Shown piece by piece: positions 50,154-61,085 of a stretch of 61,085 bases of DNA (position 1 is its first letter; each line of letters begins with the position of its first letter). The notes beneath the pieces are model-generated. The model did not search any database and was not told where the DNA came from. It saw nothing but the letters and a program-made list of their open reading frames with translations. This DNA is from Andalucia godoyi And28 (taxonomy: Eukaryota; Protista; Jakobida): assembly GCA_009859145.1 (NCBI GenBank), contig VRVR01000017.1:1-61085 (forward strand), read 5' to 3'. The position numbers were made by a program, and so were the translations under genes.

Positions 50154-53100
50154 TCAGCGGCGGGCTCTATGCACCACAGGGACCGCTGCTGCTGCTGCAA
50201 CACTAGGGAGCGCAGGACCTCGGCGCTCTTCTCGTTGCTGCCGGTCTCGGTCATCGCGGTTTCGATTTGAATCCCGATCTTGAGAATGCGTCCGATCGCT
50301 TTGATTACGATCGCGCTCACGGAGTCGGTCACTGCGGTCGGAAAACTGCTCTCGATTTCGTTCTGGCCCTGCCTCTTGCTTCGGCTTCTTCGCTTCGGGA
50401 GCCGCAGTATCACTGTCAGACATCGGTCGTTTTCGGTTCTGTTCACCGGAGTGGCCGGAAGTTTCTTGCTGCGCAATCGCCTTTCGCTTTGAGTAAAAAG
50501 CATCCAGTGCTTCTGCAGTCTTGTTCATGTGAGATTCTTTGACAAACGCTTCAAACAGCGCAAGACGATCAGAATTAGAATCTGTTTTCCCAACATCGTG
50601 CAGAATCTTGACAATAGCGTCTCCGCAGAACAAGAGCGACAGCAGAATATCCTGTTGCGTCATCGTCGCAATTGTTCGCAATTTCACAACATGTGATAAA
50701 ACGCCGTCTGTTTCAAAGAACTTTTTCGCGAGGCCCGGCCAGTTGCGAGACAGTAGTTTCTCCGAGGACGACGCCTCTTTGGCATCATTCACGCCAGTCA
50801 GCTTCTTCGCTTCCTTCTCTTCTTTTGCTTTCTTCGCTTTCGCCTCTTTCTGTGTCTTCTTTTCCTCTTGATCGGCAGACGGAGGAGCCTTCGACCCAGC
50901 CGCAGGGGCCGTTTTGGGGGTTCGAAGATACTTCAGCAGCGTATCGATTCGACGACTGAGCTGGTCCTTTCGCATTAGCCCAGGAGGAACCTGTTGGTCG
51001 TCTGCAGTTACATCGTCTTGGTCGGCTTCAGGGATCTCCGCATCACTCTTGGCTGCCTTCTTCACAGGTGCCTTCTCCAAGAACACTTTGACCAGCAGAT
51101 TCTGCAGACGAGGATCATCCTTCCACGCATCAAAATTTCCAATGCCATGCTGTGCGCAAGCAAACATGAGAAGGCCATCCGCTTCTGGAGTCCATTGCAC
51201 ATCCCACGTACGAGGAATCGGAGGAGCACCGGCAACACGGATCTTCTCATACGCGCCAGCATAGCGGTTCAAAAACTCATCCAGGGCTTCCACATCTGCC
51301 ACACGACTTAAAATGTCGGCGCATTTCACTCCTTCGACAGTAGGACCAGCCGCTTTCGACTTCTTCTTTTTCTTTTCTCCGTTCTCACCGTCTTCCGCCT
51401 CCGCATCCTCTTCGACCTCGTCCGGCTGTGCGGAACGCTTGGCAACTTCTTCCTCGCAAATCTGCAAAATCTTCACACACAGCGCCTGAACCTCCTTCTT
51501 TCGATGCGCAGGAATTCCTAGAACTTCCGTGATGTGCGATGGAACATTCCCCATACGCTTCATAAGCGTCGCAACTGCTCGCATTGTTACTTTTCTCTTA
51601 GCCGAAGCGGAATTTTCGCTGGAGGTCAAAGTCGGGGCTGAAGAAGACGATATGGCGGAAGCTGACAGAGCGGCCGCTCTCCTTTGACGAGGCTGAAAGG
51701 CAGCAGCAAGTTTTTCCTCTTCTGCTTGTGCCTCTTCTGCAACAATCTTGTCAATTTCCTTTTGCGGCAAAATGGACTTCCAAAACTCGGACGGGTCGCT
51801 GGACGACTGGGCTCCATTGGCGCTCGAAGCGGGTGCATCCGACTCTTCGGGCTTAAAAGTGAACGACGTGAACGAAGAAAACAAGTCTTCGGAGGCAGAC
51901 TCTTCTTGCTCCTCTTGTTCCTGCTCCTTCTTTGCAGAATTCTCGGCATCGGCAAGAATATCATCGAGACTGAATTCCGCGGCCTTGGATGCCAATGCCT
52001 CTTGCGCTTCCTCTTCTGCTTCGTTCTCGGAAGACTTTTTGAACAAATCCGACGCGCCAAACTGCAAAATCTCGTTCAACTCGTCTCGGGAATACTGCGT
52101 AAAATTCGCATTCCGATTGGATAGTTGTAAGGAGGAATCAGAAATGCCACGGATGACAAGGGTATCCAGAACTCTCTTTTGACGAGCTCGCATCAACACC
52201 GTCTCTTCCACGGAATTCGCGGTGAGAAACCTGAAAATAGACACAGCTTTCTTCTGCCCGATACGATGTGCTCGTGCTTCTGCCTGCAAATCGTTTTGCG
52301 GATTCCAATCTGAATCAAAGATAATGACTGTGTCCGCAGTATGAAGATTGATCCCTAAGCCGCCAGCCCTTGTCGACAATAAAAAGCAGAAATCCTGCGA
52401 ATTCGGTGCGTTGAAGGACTGCATGGCACGCTGGCGATCTTCACGATGCGTTGATCCATCCAAGCGCTGAAACTTGTGCCCTTTCAGCAACATATATTGC
52501 TGCAAAAGATCAAGCATCCGAACCATTTGCGAGAAAATAAGAACACGATGCCCGCCTTCTTTCAAGCGATCCAGCAACTTGTCGAGAAGTGTCATTTTAG
52601 AAGACGCGCGTGACAGCGTTTCAATGCCTCGATCGTACGCTTCTTGAATATACGGAAACAGAAATGGGTGGTTGCAACACTTCCTCAATTCCATGATCAC
52701 GTTGAGCAGCGGCGCCGCAGAAGAATGCTGCGCGCTGTACAGGTATCGATAGTTGTGCGTCAACACCTTCTTGTAAATATCGTCCTGCAACGGAGATTTG
52801 GGAACTCGCAAAATGCGCTCTGTCTTCGGCGGCAGTTGCTTGGCAACGTCCTTCTTTCTTCGCCTGAGAATCCTCGGACCAAGGAGTTGATGAAGCTTTC
52901 GCACTGTATCCACATTGGAAGACACGTCCTCAAACTGCGCTTCAAATTCGACACAATCCGGAAATTCTTCGTTATTCAGGAAATGCAATAAACACCACAG
53001 CTCCTTGAGAGAGTTTTGCAGCGGTGTACCAGTGATGAGCAAGACAAAGTCCCGTCGGAACGAGTTCATCTGCTCATACAATTTCGATTCCACGTTCTTC

Positions 53101-54755
53101 AATCGATGCGCTTCATCAACCACAACGGCAGACCATGTAAATGACCGAAGAAAGTCTGAATCGCGAATGACAAAATCATATGTGGTCAAGAGAACATTGA
53201 AGTTCTTCAGCTCCCGCTCCCGAATAACTTCGCGAGATGCTGACGTACCGACGTACTGAACTACGTAAATGGACGGATCCCAACGAGCAAATTCCGTTTT
53301 CCAAGCTTGAAGCGTGGACAGCGGGACCACAACAAGATAAGGGGTTTGGATCTTGCGGACATGAATCAGATAGGACAAAAATGCAATTGTTTGGGCCGTT
53401 TTTCCCAGTCCCATTTCGTCGGCAAGAATAACGTTTCTATGGCAAAACCAAGAGTGAATCAGCCAGTTAACGCCGCCCAGTTGGTAGTCACGAAGTTCCA
53501 GCGCAGCAGGAGATGTTTTTTCATCGGATGCCATTTGAATAGTACTCTCCTCTGACTCCTCCTTCATTGCAGCAGCATCAACATCGGATTCTTCTTTGCC
53601 TGCGCTCTCATCCCCTGTCTCCTCCTTGTTTTCCGAAACCCGGTCTTCATCGACGTCGTCGTCATCATCCAACAATCTCTTTTTTGTTCTAAGAATCGCC
53701 TCGCGCTTCTTCGAGTCAACTCTCTCCGTATTCTCTTGTGCTTCCCGCTGAGCGCGAACCAGCCAATCCGGCTGATTTCGAAACTGTCTGAACTGCTTCT
53801 CGGAACGCAGAAATGCCTTCCGATCGGCTTTCCTAGAAGGATGCTGACAATGCAACAGATAGGCATCGATCTTGTCTTGAAACTCGTTTTGAATCAAGGA
53901 GAGCGATTCCCACGTGGATTCGGCATACTCAAGACCATCAAACTTGCAGAGGTACTCCTCATTGCCATCTTCGTCAACACGCGCACCAATCACTCTTTCG
54001 ACTATGCAATACTCGGCGACACGCTCACGAACATCATCTTCCAGTTCCGTTGCAATCGTTTCCGCAGCTGCTTCATCTGACTGTACATCCTTCTTTGCAA
54101 TGTAGTTCTCCAGTACCTTTTTCCCACCGTGTCCTTCGTCAAGCACCGTTTGATAAGTGACTCGAGAGCAGTGCAAATAGGACTTCCCCTTCCATTTGAC
54201 AAAGAAATAACGTCCGTCTTCTGTTGCCTCGTCAAACAATACCTTTTCTATTACATCCGGATTCTCTGCAGAGAAATTGCCGCGAGTTCGTGAAGCTTCC
54301 TTGAGATACTCTCGCTCCTCTTCATCCAACAAATCCCAGTCCTCAATCAGCAGAGCCTTTTCGGCTTTTCTCTTTGCCTTTTCCTTATCCTTTGACGACA
54401 TCATTTTGGTTTTTCCTTTCTTCCTGCGATTGCCCAAGTCGGAATCGTCACTTTCATCGTCTTCTGCGTCCTCTTCGTCGTCATCAGAGTCCTCCACCTC
54501 ATCCTCGTCCTCCGGGTCGTCGAATGGATTGAGTCCGCGACGACGTTTGACAGGCTTTTGCTTTGAACCAGAGGTCTTGGATCCGCCTGCAGAACCCCCG
54601 CGCGTAGATTTTCTTCTAGAACCAGACATGCCCTCGGTCTCCTGTGCATCATTATCATCAGCGAAGTATGAAGCCGGTCGCCGCGCACGTTCAGATCTAC
54701 GAGGCTCGACTTCAAACTCTCGAAGAATCTCCTTTGTGATCTTAAACGACGCCAT
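50154..54755 (-). CDS. CHD1: Chromodomain-helicase-DNA-binding remodeler, CHD1/2 type
   Basis: Tandem chromodomains, SNF2 ATPase motifs (ILADEMGLGKT, VVDEAHRLKN, ITGTPLQN, STRAGGLGINL, DSDWNPQNDLQA.ARAHRIGQ), a SANT/SLIDE-like region and a helical C-terminal domain. Intronless. Confidence 0.9.
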   Translation of the reverse strand: MASFKITKEILREFEVEPRRSERARRPASYFADDNDAQETEGMSGSRRKSTRGGSAGGSKTSGSKQKPVKRRRGLNPFDDPEDEDEVEDSDDDEEDAEDDESDDSDLGNRRKKGKTKMMSSKDKEKAKRKAEKALLIEDWDLLDEEEREYLKEASRTRGNFSAENPDVIEKVLFDEATEDGRYFFVKWKGKSYLHCSRVTYQTVLDEGHGGKKVLENYIAKKDVQSDEAAAETIATELEDDVRERVAEYCIVERVIGARVDEDGNEEYLCKFDGLEYAESTWESLSLIQNEFQDKIDAYLLHCQHPSRKADRKAFLRSEKQFRQFRNQPDWLVRAQREAQENTERVDSKKREAILRTKKRLLDDDDDVDEDRVSENKEETGDESAGKEESDVDAAAMKEESEESTIQMASDEKTSPAALELRDYQLGGVNWLIHSWFCHRNVILADEMGLGKTAQTIAFLSYLIHVRKIQTPYLVVVPLSTLQAWKTEFARWDPSIYVVQYVGTSASREVIRERELKNFNVLLTTYDFVIRDSDFLRSFTWSAVVVDEAHRLKNVESKLYEQMNSFRRDFVLLITGTPLQNSLKELWCLLHFLNNEEFPDCVEFEAQFEDVSSNVDTVRKLHQLLGPRILRRRKKDVAKQLPPKTERILRVPKSPLQDDIYKKVLTHNYRYLYSAQHSSAAPLLNVIMELRKCCNHPFLFPYIQEAYDRGIETLSRASSKMTLLDKLLDRLKEGGHRVLIFSQMVRMLDLLQQYMLLKGHKFQRLDGSTHREDRQRAMQSFNAPNSQDFCFLLSTRAGGLGINLHTADTVIIFDSDWNPQNDLQAEARAHRIGQKKAVSIFRFLTANSVEETVLMRARQKRVLDTLVIRGISDSSLQLSNRNANFTQYSRDELNEILQFGASDLFKKSSENEAEEEAQEALASKAAEFSLDDILADAENSAKKEQEQEEQEESASEDLFSSFTSFTFKPEESDAPASSANGAQSSSDPSEFWKSILPQKEIDKIVAEEAQAEEEKLAAAFQPRQRRAAALSASAISSSSAPTLTSSENSASAKRKVTMRAVATLMKRMGNVPSHITEVLGIPAHRKKEVQALCVKILQICEEEVAKRSAQPDEVEEDAEAEDGENGEKKKKKSKAAGPTVEGVKCADILSRVADVEALDEFLNRYAGAYEKIRVAGAPPIPRTWDVQWTPEADGLLMFACAQHGIGNFDAWKDDPRLQNLLVKVFLEKAPVKKAAKSDAEIPEADQDDVTADDQQVPPGLMRKDQLSRRIDTLLKYLRTPKTAPAAGSKAPPSADQEEKKTQKEAKAKKAKEEKEAKKLTGVNDAKEASSSEKLLSRNWPGLAKKFFETDGVLSHVVKLRTIATMTQQDILLSLLFCGDAIVKILHDVGKTDSNSDRLALFEAFVKESHMNKTAEALDAFYSKRKAIAQQETSGHSGEQNRKRPMSDSDTAAPEAKKPKQEAGPERNREQFSDRSDRLRERDRNQSDRTHSQDRDSNRNRDDRDRQQREERRGPALPSVAAAAAVPVVHRARR

Positions 54756-55240
54756 TCATAATACGTGAATCTGCAAAATAAATACGAAAATTTGGAAGAA
54801 AAAGCACCAATGAAATATAATTACAATTATAATTATACTTAATGAATAAATAAATTAGTAAAGAAACCTCTGATGTTTTTCGTCTTTGCGTGTTCATCTG
54901 CAAAAAAAGGGGCTTTTGGGAATATGGAGTGAACTTCCAAAAGGGACTGACGCGAGACTGACATGCATGACAAGCAGTCATCAAATGAAAGAGACAAAAG
55001 AGACTCAAGAAGCAAGGAAAAGTTATTGAAAGGGAATATCGCATAAAGTCGTGTCTCCGCGAACGCAAACCCGGATTGCCATTTCTTCACCATCTATTTC
55101 ATCTCTTTTGGATCGTTTCTTGGATTTTGTTGTTGTTGGTGTTTTTCTCTTCTTCTTCATTTTGTTTTTTTTCGCTGAAGTTTCTTCGCAAGTGTGCATA
55201 ACAGAAGAAGGAGGATTCTCTGCGCTGTTCCTCGTCCACG

Positions 55241-56743
<1,503 letters not shown>

Positions 56744-57095
56744 CATCGACATATCCAAGAAACAAAACATGCATCGGTATGCTTTTCTCAGTATGGATGC
56801 ATGGTCGTCAAAATATCAACCTCATGACTGCAGCCAGCAACGGTCGCCAATTACCATCATTGCAACACAGAAGAAGCGGTCATACAGATCCCGACGCCGC
56901 CTTCAACAACAACAACAAAAAAAAAAAAAAGTAAACGGGACGCCAGACTGCATCAGTCGTACTCCGCATTGTGATTTTTCCTCATATTTGTTGTCTTTTA
57001 TCGATTACTTCTCTCGTGATTCTTTTCTTCGTGACGACTGGTTAGTGGAAAGCGATCCTGGAAAGAAGCTCCGAATAGTTTGTGGATTGATCGAA

Positions 57096-57683
57096 ATGAA
57101 CGACGTTGACTTTATGTTTGCGAACCACGGCTACGTCCCGCGGCAGATTGTCATTGACAAGCATCAAGAGGCGGTTCATCGATTGGTGATCGCCCAAGAC
57201 TCGTCCGCTGCAGGAGATGGTGGCGGCGGTGGTAGTAGTGGTGGTGGCTCGGGGATGGCAGCTGTGGATGAAGCCAAGCTGCACGTTGATGCGTCCTTTA
57301 TGTCTTTAGTATCGACGGTAGTGAACGAGATTGAAGGCCTGCTTTCGACCCAAACTCAGATTGATGAACGGAGGACTCTGACGCTCGACTCGATCACTGC
57401 GGAAGCGGCAATCATTGAAAGGGAGATTGCGGAACTGGAGCTGAAGGTCGCTGAGGAAAATCAACGGATTGAATTCCAGAAAATGGCTGTGGAAAGACTT
57501 GAGAAAATGTCCTCGCTGCCGACTCGCGCTGCCTCCGAAGCAGAGAAACGCCAGCTCGAATCCGAGCTGTCGAGTTTGGAACAGCAGCGCAACTTGTCGA
57601 GGAAGGCGCTTGAAAACAAGGCTGCCCAAGTCTCGGCTCTTATGGCGTGCCTTGCTCATCTGGAGGTCTTTCCTCGATCGTGA
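57096..57683 (+). CDS. THOC7: THO complex subunit 7 (Mft1)-like coiled-coil protein
   Basis: The C-terminal pattern LPTRAASEAEKRQLESELSSLEQQRNLSRKALENKAAQVSALMACLAHLE parallels THOC7. ATG taken at 57096. Confidence 0.5.
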   Translation: MNDVDFMFANHGYVPRQIVIDKHQEAVHRLVIAQDSSAAGDGGGGGSSGGGSGMAAVDEAKLHVDASFMSLVSTVVNEIEGLLSTQTQIDERRTLTLDSITAEAAIIEREIAELELKVAEENQRIEFQKMAVERLEKMSSLPTRAASEAEKRQLESELSSLEQQRNLSRKALENKAAQVSALMACLAHLEVFPRS

Positions 57684-58124
57684 ACTTGTGGATGTCACAG
57701 CTCGCTGTTGTTGTTGCGCTGTGCAGATTGCAATCACTTTGTTTTTCCGCAAAAAAGACGCAGAGTTCGCAGACACGATCAAACCGTTTCGTAGTTCCTG
57801 CACATTTCACAAGGTCGACGAATTCGAGACGATTGTTGCAGAGAATCTGAGTTTCGAAGAGCTTCCAATAATAATAATATTAATAATAAAATCACGATTA
57901 CGATTACGATCCTCGCTGATCCTTTCTGGAATTCTGATCTTGTTCGGCTTGCTTGCTGTCGGGTGGAGAAAACCAACCGAACGACTCTCTTTGATCCAGT
58001 GCCATGGCGGTGTCGTTTGCACAAGTCCTGCGCTTTATTCCGTGTATCCATGTTCCAGCAGAACTGCTGTCTTTTGTGTTTGGTATCCTGAGCTTCCTGA
58101 TAGCTCCATTACTGCTTTTGGTGT

Positions 58125-59390
58125 ATGTCATTTCCTCCCGTATTGGGTATTTTGCACGGCTTATGCGCTGACATCGTGGCTCCTTTTCTTTTGCATTCGC
58201 TCGTGCGCAGCGTGTTTGTGGCCTTCCTTTTCAATGGGCTTGGATCTGCGTTGCGTAAGAAGGCAAACTACAAAGCAGTTCTGATCACAGGCGCGTCGTC
58301 TGGGATTGGAGAGTATCTTGCGTACGAATTTGCTACGCAGATCAAGGGTGTGCGACTTTTTCTGGTGGGCCGGAATCGCGAGCGCATGAACGAGGTCAAG
58401 TCTCGCTGCGAGTCTCTTGGTGCCAAGGTTGAACTGGGCTTCGTCGACGTTCGCGACCGAGATGCGCTGCGTGCATTCGTCTTCCAAGCAGACGACAAGC
58501 AGAAGTTGGACTGCATCATCGCGAATGCAGGCGCTGCTGTCGGAACCATTGGCGGCGACCAAAAGTCCACCGAGACTTGCTACAATGAACTCCTGGACAT
58601 CAACGTCAAGGGCGTGCTCAACACCGTGTTTCCTGCGATTGAACGCTTCAAGAGTCGTCGCGACGGCCAAATTGCTGTTGTCGGATCCTTGTCTGGATAC
58701 GTGTTTTTCCCAGGCAAGATCGGCGCCTATTCCACCACGTATGTTCTCTCCTTGTTGTTGATTGGAGAACCAGCATCTGAATACCCGTTTTCCTTTCTTG
58801 TTTTATCTATTTCTTTATTATTATTTTCTTCTTCCTGTTTTTTTTAATTTAATTTGGTTTCGCGGTGCTTTCGTAACTAATTTGCGCCGTCGTCGTCTTC
58901 TTTTTTGGTTGGTGCTCTATACGGTAATGTAGCAAGTCGTACGTGATTGCATTGGGAGAGTCTCTTCGTGTGGACCTCGCAGGCTATAATGTCGGTATGT
59001 CTTTTTTGTCTCTCTGCGTTTTCCCCCTTTGTCCTTTCCTAGCGTTGCTTCGTGCTCTGGTCGTGTGGCTCACTCAGTTGTTTGTTGGTTTATTGTTGTT
59101 TTTTAAAATCTTTTCTTTGCGTTGTGTTGTGTGGTCAAGGCGTGACAACTGTGAACCCTGGATTTGTCGAGTCGAACATGACTGCCCAGGATCGCGAGAG
59201 CATGCCATTTATGGTTCCGACCGAACGAGCTTGCCGTATTATTGTGGACGGGATCCGACACAACGACGCCGAGGTTCTGTTTCCCTTTCCAATGGCGCTG
59301 CTGTGCAATGTGGCCCGGTGCCTGCCACTGTCCCTGCGATCGTTTGCATATTCGTTCGCCGTCGGGAAAATGAAGTCGCGAAAGGCGTAG
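58125..59390 (+). CDS. Short-chain dehydrogenase/reductase (3 exons: 58125-58738, 58933-58994, 59140-59390)
   Basis: LITGASSGIG, IANAG, GQIAVVGSLSG, spliced YSTTK (YxxxK) and VNPGFVES. Both introns are GTATGT..AG. Confidence 0.9.
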
Positions 59391-59510
59391 TTGGGCCATG
59401 TATCCATTCACTGCGGATGTGTATTGTTGTTGTTGTTGTTTTCCCGTTGTCTGTTGTTTCGCTCAAATTAAACTTTCCAAAAACAAAAATATACGTTGTC
59501 CATTTGGCAC

Positions 59511-60841
59511 CTATTTCATACAATTCGCATCAACACACTCAACTTTCTGCGCAATGCCGGCAAGAACGTCCCTAAACTGATATCGAGCCATGTGTCGAAT
59601 GACATCTCGTCCGCATGCATCCGCCCACGGTCGCCGCACCACAATGCGGCCGTGCGTGTGAGGGCCCGGCAGATGCACATCGACGCGTCTCCAGCGAAGG
59701 TACGATCGCAAGTTTCTGTGAATCTCTACATATTTTGGCTCTGCGTCGGCACGAGTCTTAACTACGGGCAACTGCTCCGATCCGTTCTCAAGCATCTTGG
59801 ATTCGGAAATGATTTCGATTTCCGACACCACCGAAGTGACTTCAAAGTCGTGCGGAACCTCTCCGACACGCTTCAGCAGCTCCAAAGGAAATTCGTCATC
59901 CTTGGAGCCTCGAACAGCAGAGGCAACGGCAAATCCCGTCATGACGAGAGCCATGGGAACAATAAACAGCAAGAACATCAGCGGGATGGCCAGGAACGCC
60001 ATTCGCTCGCGCAGTCCTACTTTGTACTCGGAATGCTCCTCTGTCCCGTCGGCTTCCGCCGCCTCGGCTTCCCAGTCGTGGATGGGCTCATCGTCGTCAT
60101 ACACTTGACCAATATGCGGATACCTTGTACGGCCCCGAATAAGCTCTGTGCGCAAGGGAGCGGCATTGAGGGAGATACTGGATGTTCGGTAGGGAACCGT
60201 TCGATCAAAACTCGCGTTGGCGTAGCACGCAACTCTTTGAAAACACCGAAGGCCGTGTATAAACGGCAGCGCAGGATCTGCCATTATCTCGAGCAGCGAC
60301 CGTCCATTCATCCTTGGATCGCAGTCAGACAACGTGAATTGCTTTCCTGCTTTTGGCAACGCGCAGTGAGACAGAGACCGTACGATGCGGTGCTGCTCAA
60401 AGGTTCCTAAATGCGGGTTGCCATGGAAACATACGTCATTCCAACGAGCCTCTTCCCCGGTCCCAGCCATCCTTCCGCAAACAACCGCCCTATGCAATAA
60501 CGCGAGAAAAGGCCGCCGGCGGAGTACCCCACAAACGAAATGCTGATCACGCTTGGATTCGAGTCGACAACACTCAGCACTTCCTTGAACAGCCTGTTAC
60601 CACAGGACACGATTCCGTCGTAGGTCTTCAGAAATCGGTTGACTGTGGAGTTGTGAACAAGCGCACATTCCGGGTCAACCTCGTGCACCGACCGTCGCAA
60701 CTCTTCCGAGAGCTCGCTGACGTGAGATGGAAACCCAAATTGCCCGTGACAAACCACGACCAAGTGCTTGGGGCCGGATCCTGTGCTCTGCACTGCTGCT
60801 GATGGGTCTTTACTCAATGAGCTCAAGCTCTGGGAACCCAT
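59511..60841 (-). CDS. DUF676 putative serine esterase/lipase, with a 1-nt frameshift at about 60416
   Basis: LVVVCHGQFG, KTYDGIVSCGNRL, nucleophile elbow ISFVGYSAGG, T-PHLG split across two frames, FDRTVPYRTS and HTHGRIVVRR. Confidence 0.8.
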
Positions 60842-61085
60842 TCAATCAATATGCAAGTAATGAGACGTTTAAGAATGCAAAGAATAAAGAACAAAAAGAA
60901 ACGGAATTCAGCATCCGAGACACGAGGTAAGGTCCGAAAAACACGGGTGAATGAGTGAATGAGCAGGGCATTTCGCGGGAATTCGGGAAAAGTGCCTCGC
61001 AAAGCAGTTTGTCAAAAGCTGAAGAAAAGATATTGCCGCAGAAAAGAATTTCCCCATCTACAGCGGGTGATGCACTTTTGGAAGC

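Noticed and set aside
50029-50283. Long antisense or alternative-frame ORFs in the ORF track (poly-V/T/SL, opposite strands of real genes)
   Set aside because: Products of microsatellites or shadow frames of the real CDSs; no independent motifs.
60960-61085. GKVPRK / KQF peptide reminiscent of a histone H3 tail at the window edge
   Set aside because: Needs frameshifts, lacks ARTKQ and KPHR, and is truncated by the window end.

Overview
Eukaryotic nuclear DNA from a gene-dense, intron-poor, probably flagellated protist; the species cannot be determined from sequence alone. GC-balanced coding regions alternate with AT-rich, microsatellite-rich spacers. About 33 protein genes are supported. Housekeeping genes: ARPC2, BTF3/NAC-beta, TAF8, Rab8, CHD1, MsrB, KRTCAP2, THOC7-like, an SDR and a P-type II ATPase. 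Flagellar/centriolar genes: RIB72/EFHC1 and FAM161. There is also a meiotic RNF212/Zip3-like RING gene. Unusual genes: an MHYT-sensor/adenylyl-cyclase fusion, a PhnY-like phosphonate dioxygenase, a fungal-like BAHD acyltransferase, a catalytically dead GPDH homologue and a possible Mim1-like protein. The most notable non-gene signal is a pair of short, mutually homologous, internally deleted TnpB/Fanzor2-type elements at about 5172-5576 and 42526-42830, both on the minus strand. They keep the RuvC-III DRDWNGARNI motif, a conserved downstream segment and putative termini. The first also ends in a strong hairpin, consistent with a retained omegaRNA. All six introns I could validate by reading frame begin with GTATGT. 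No tRNA, rRNA or CRISPR array was recognised. Family assignments come from motif recognition, not from database searches.
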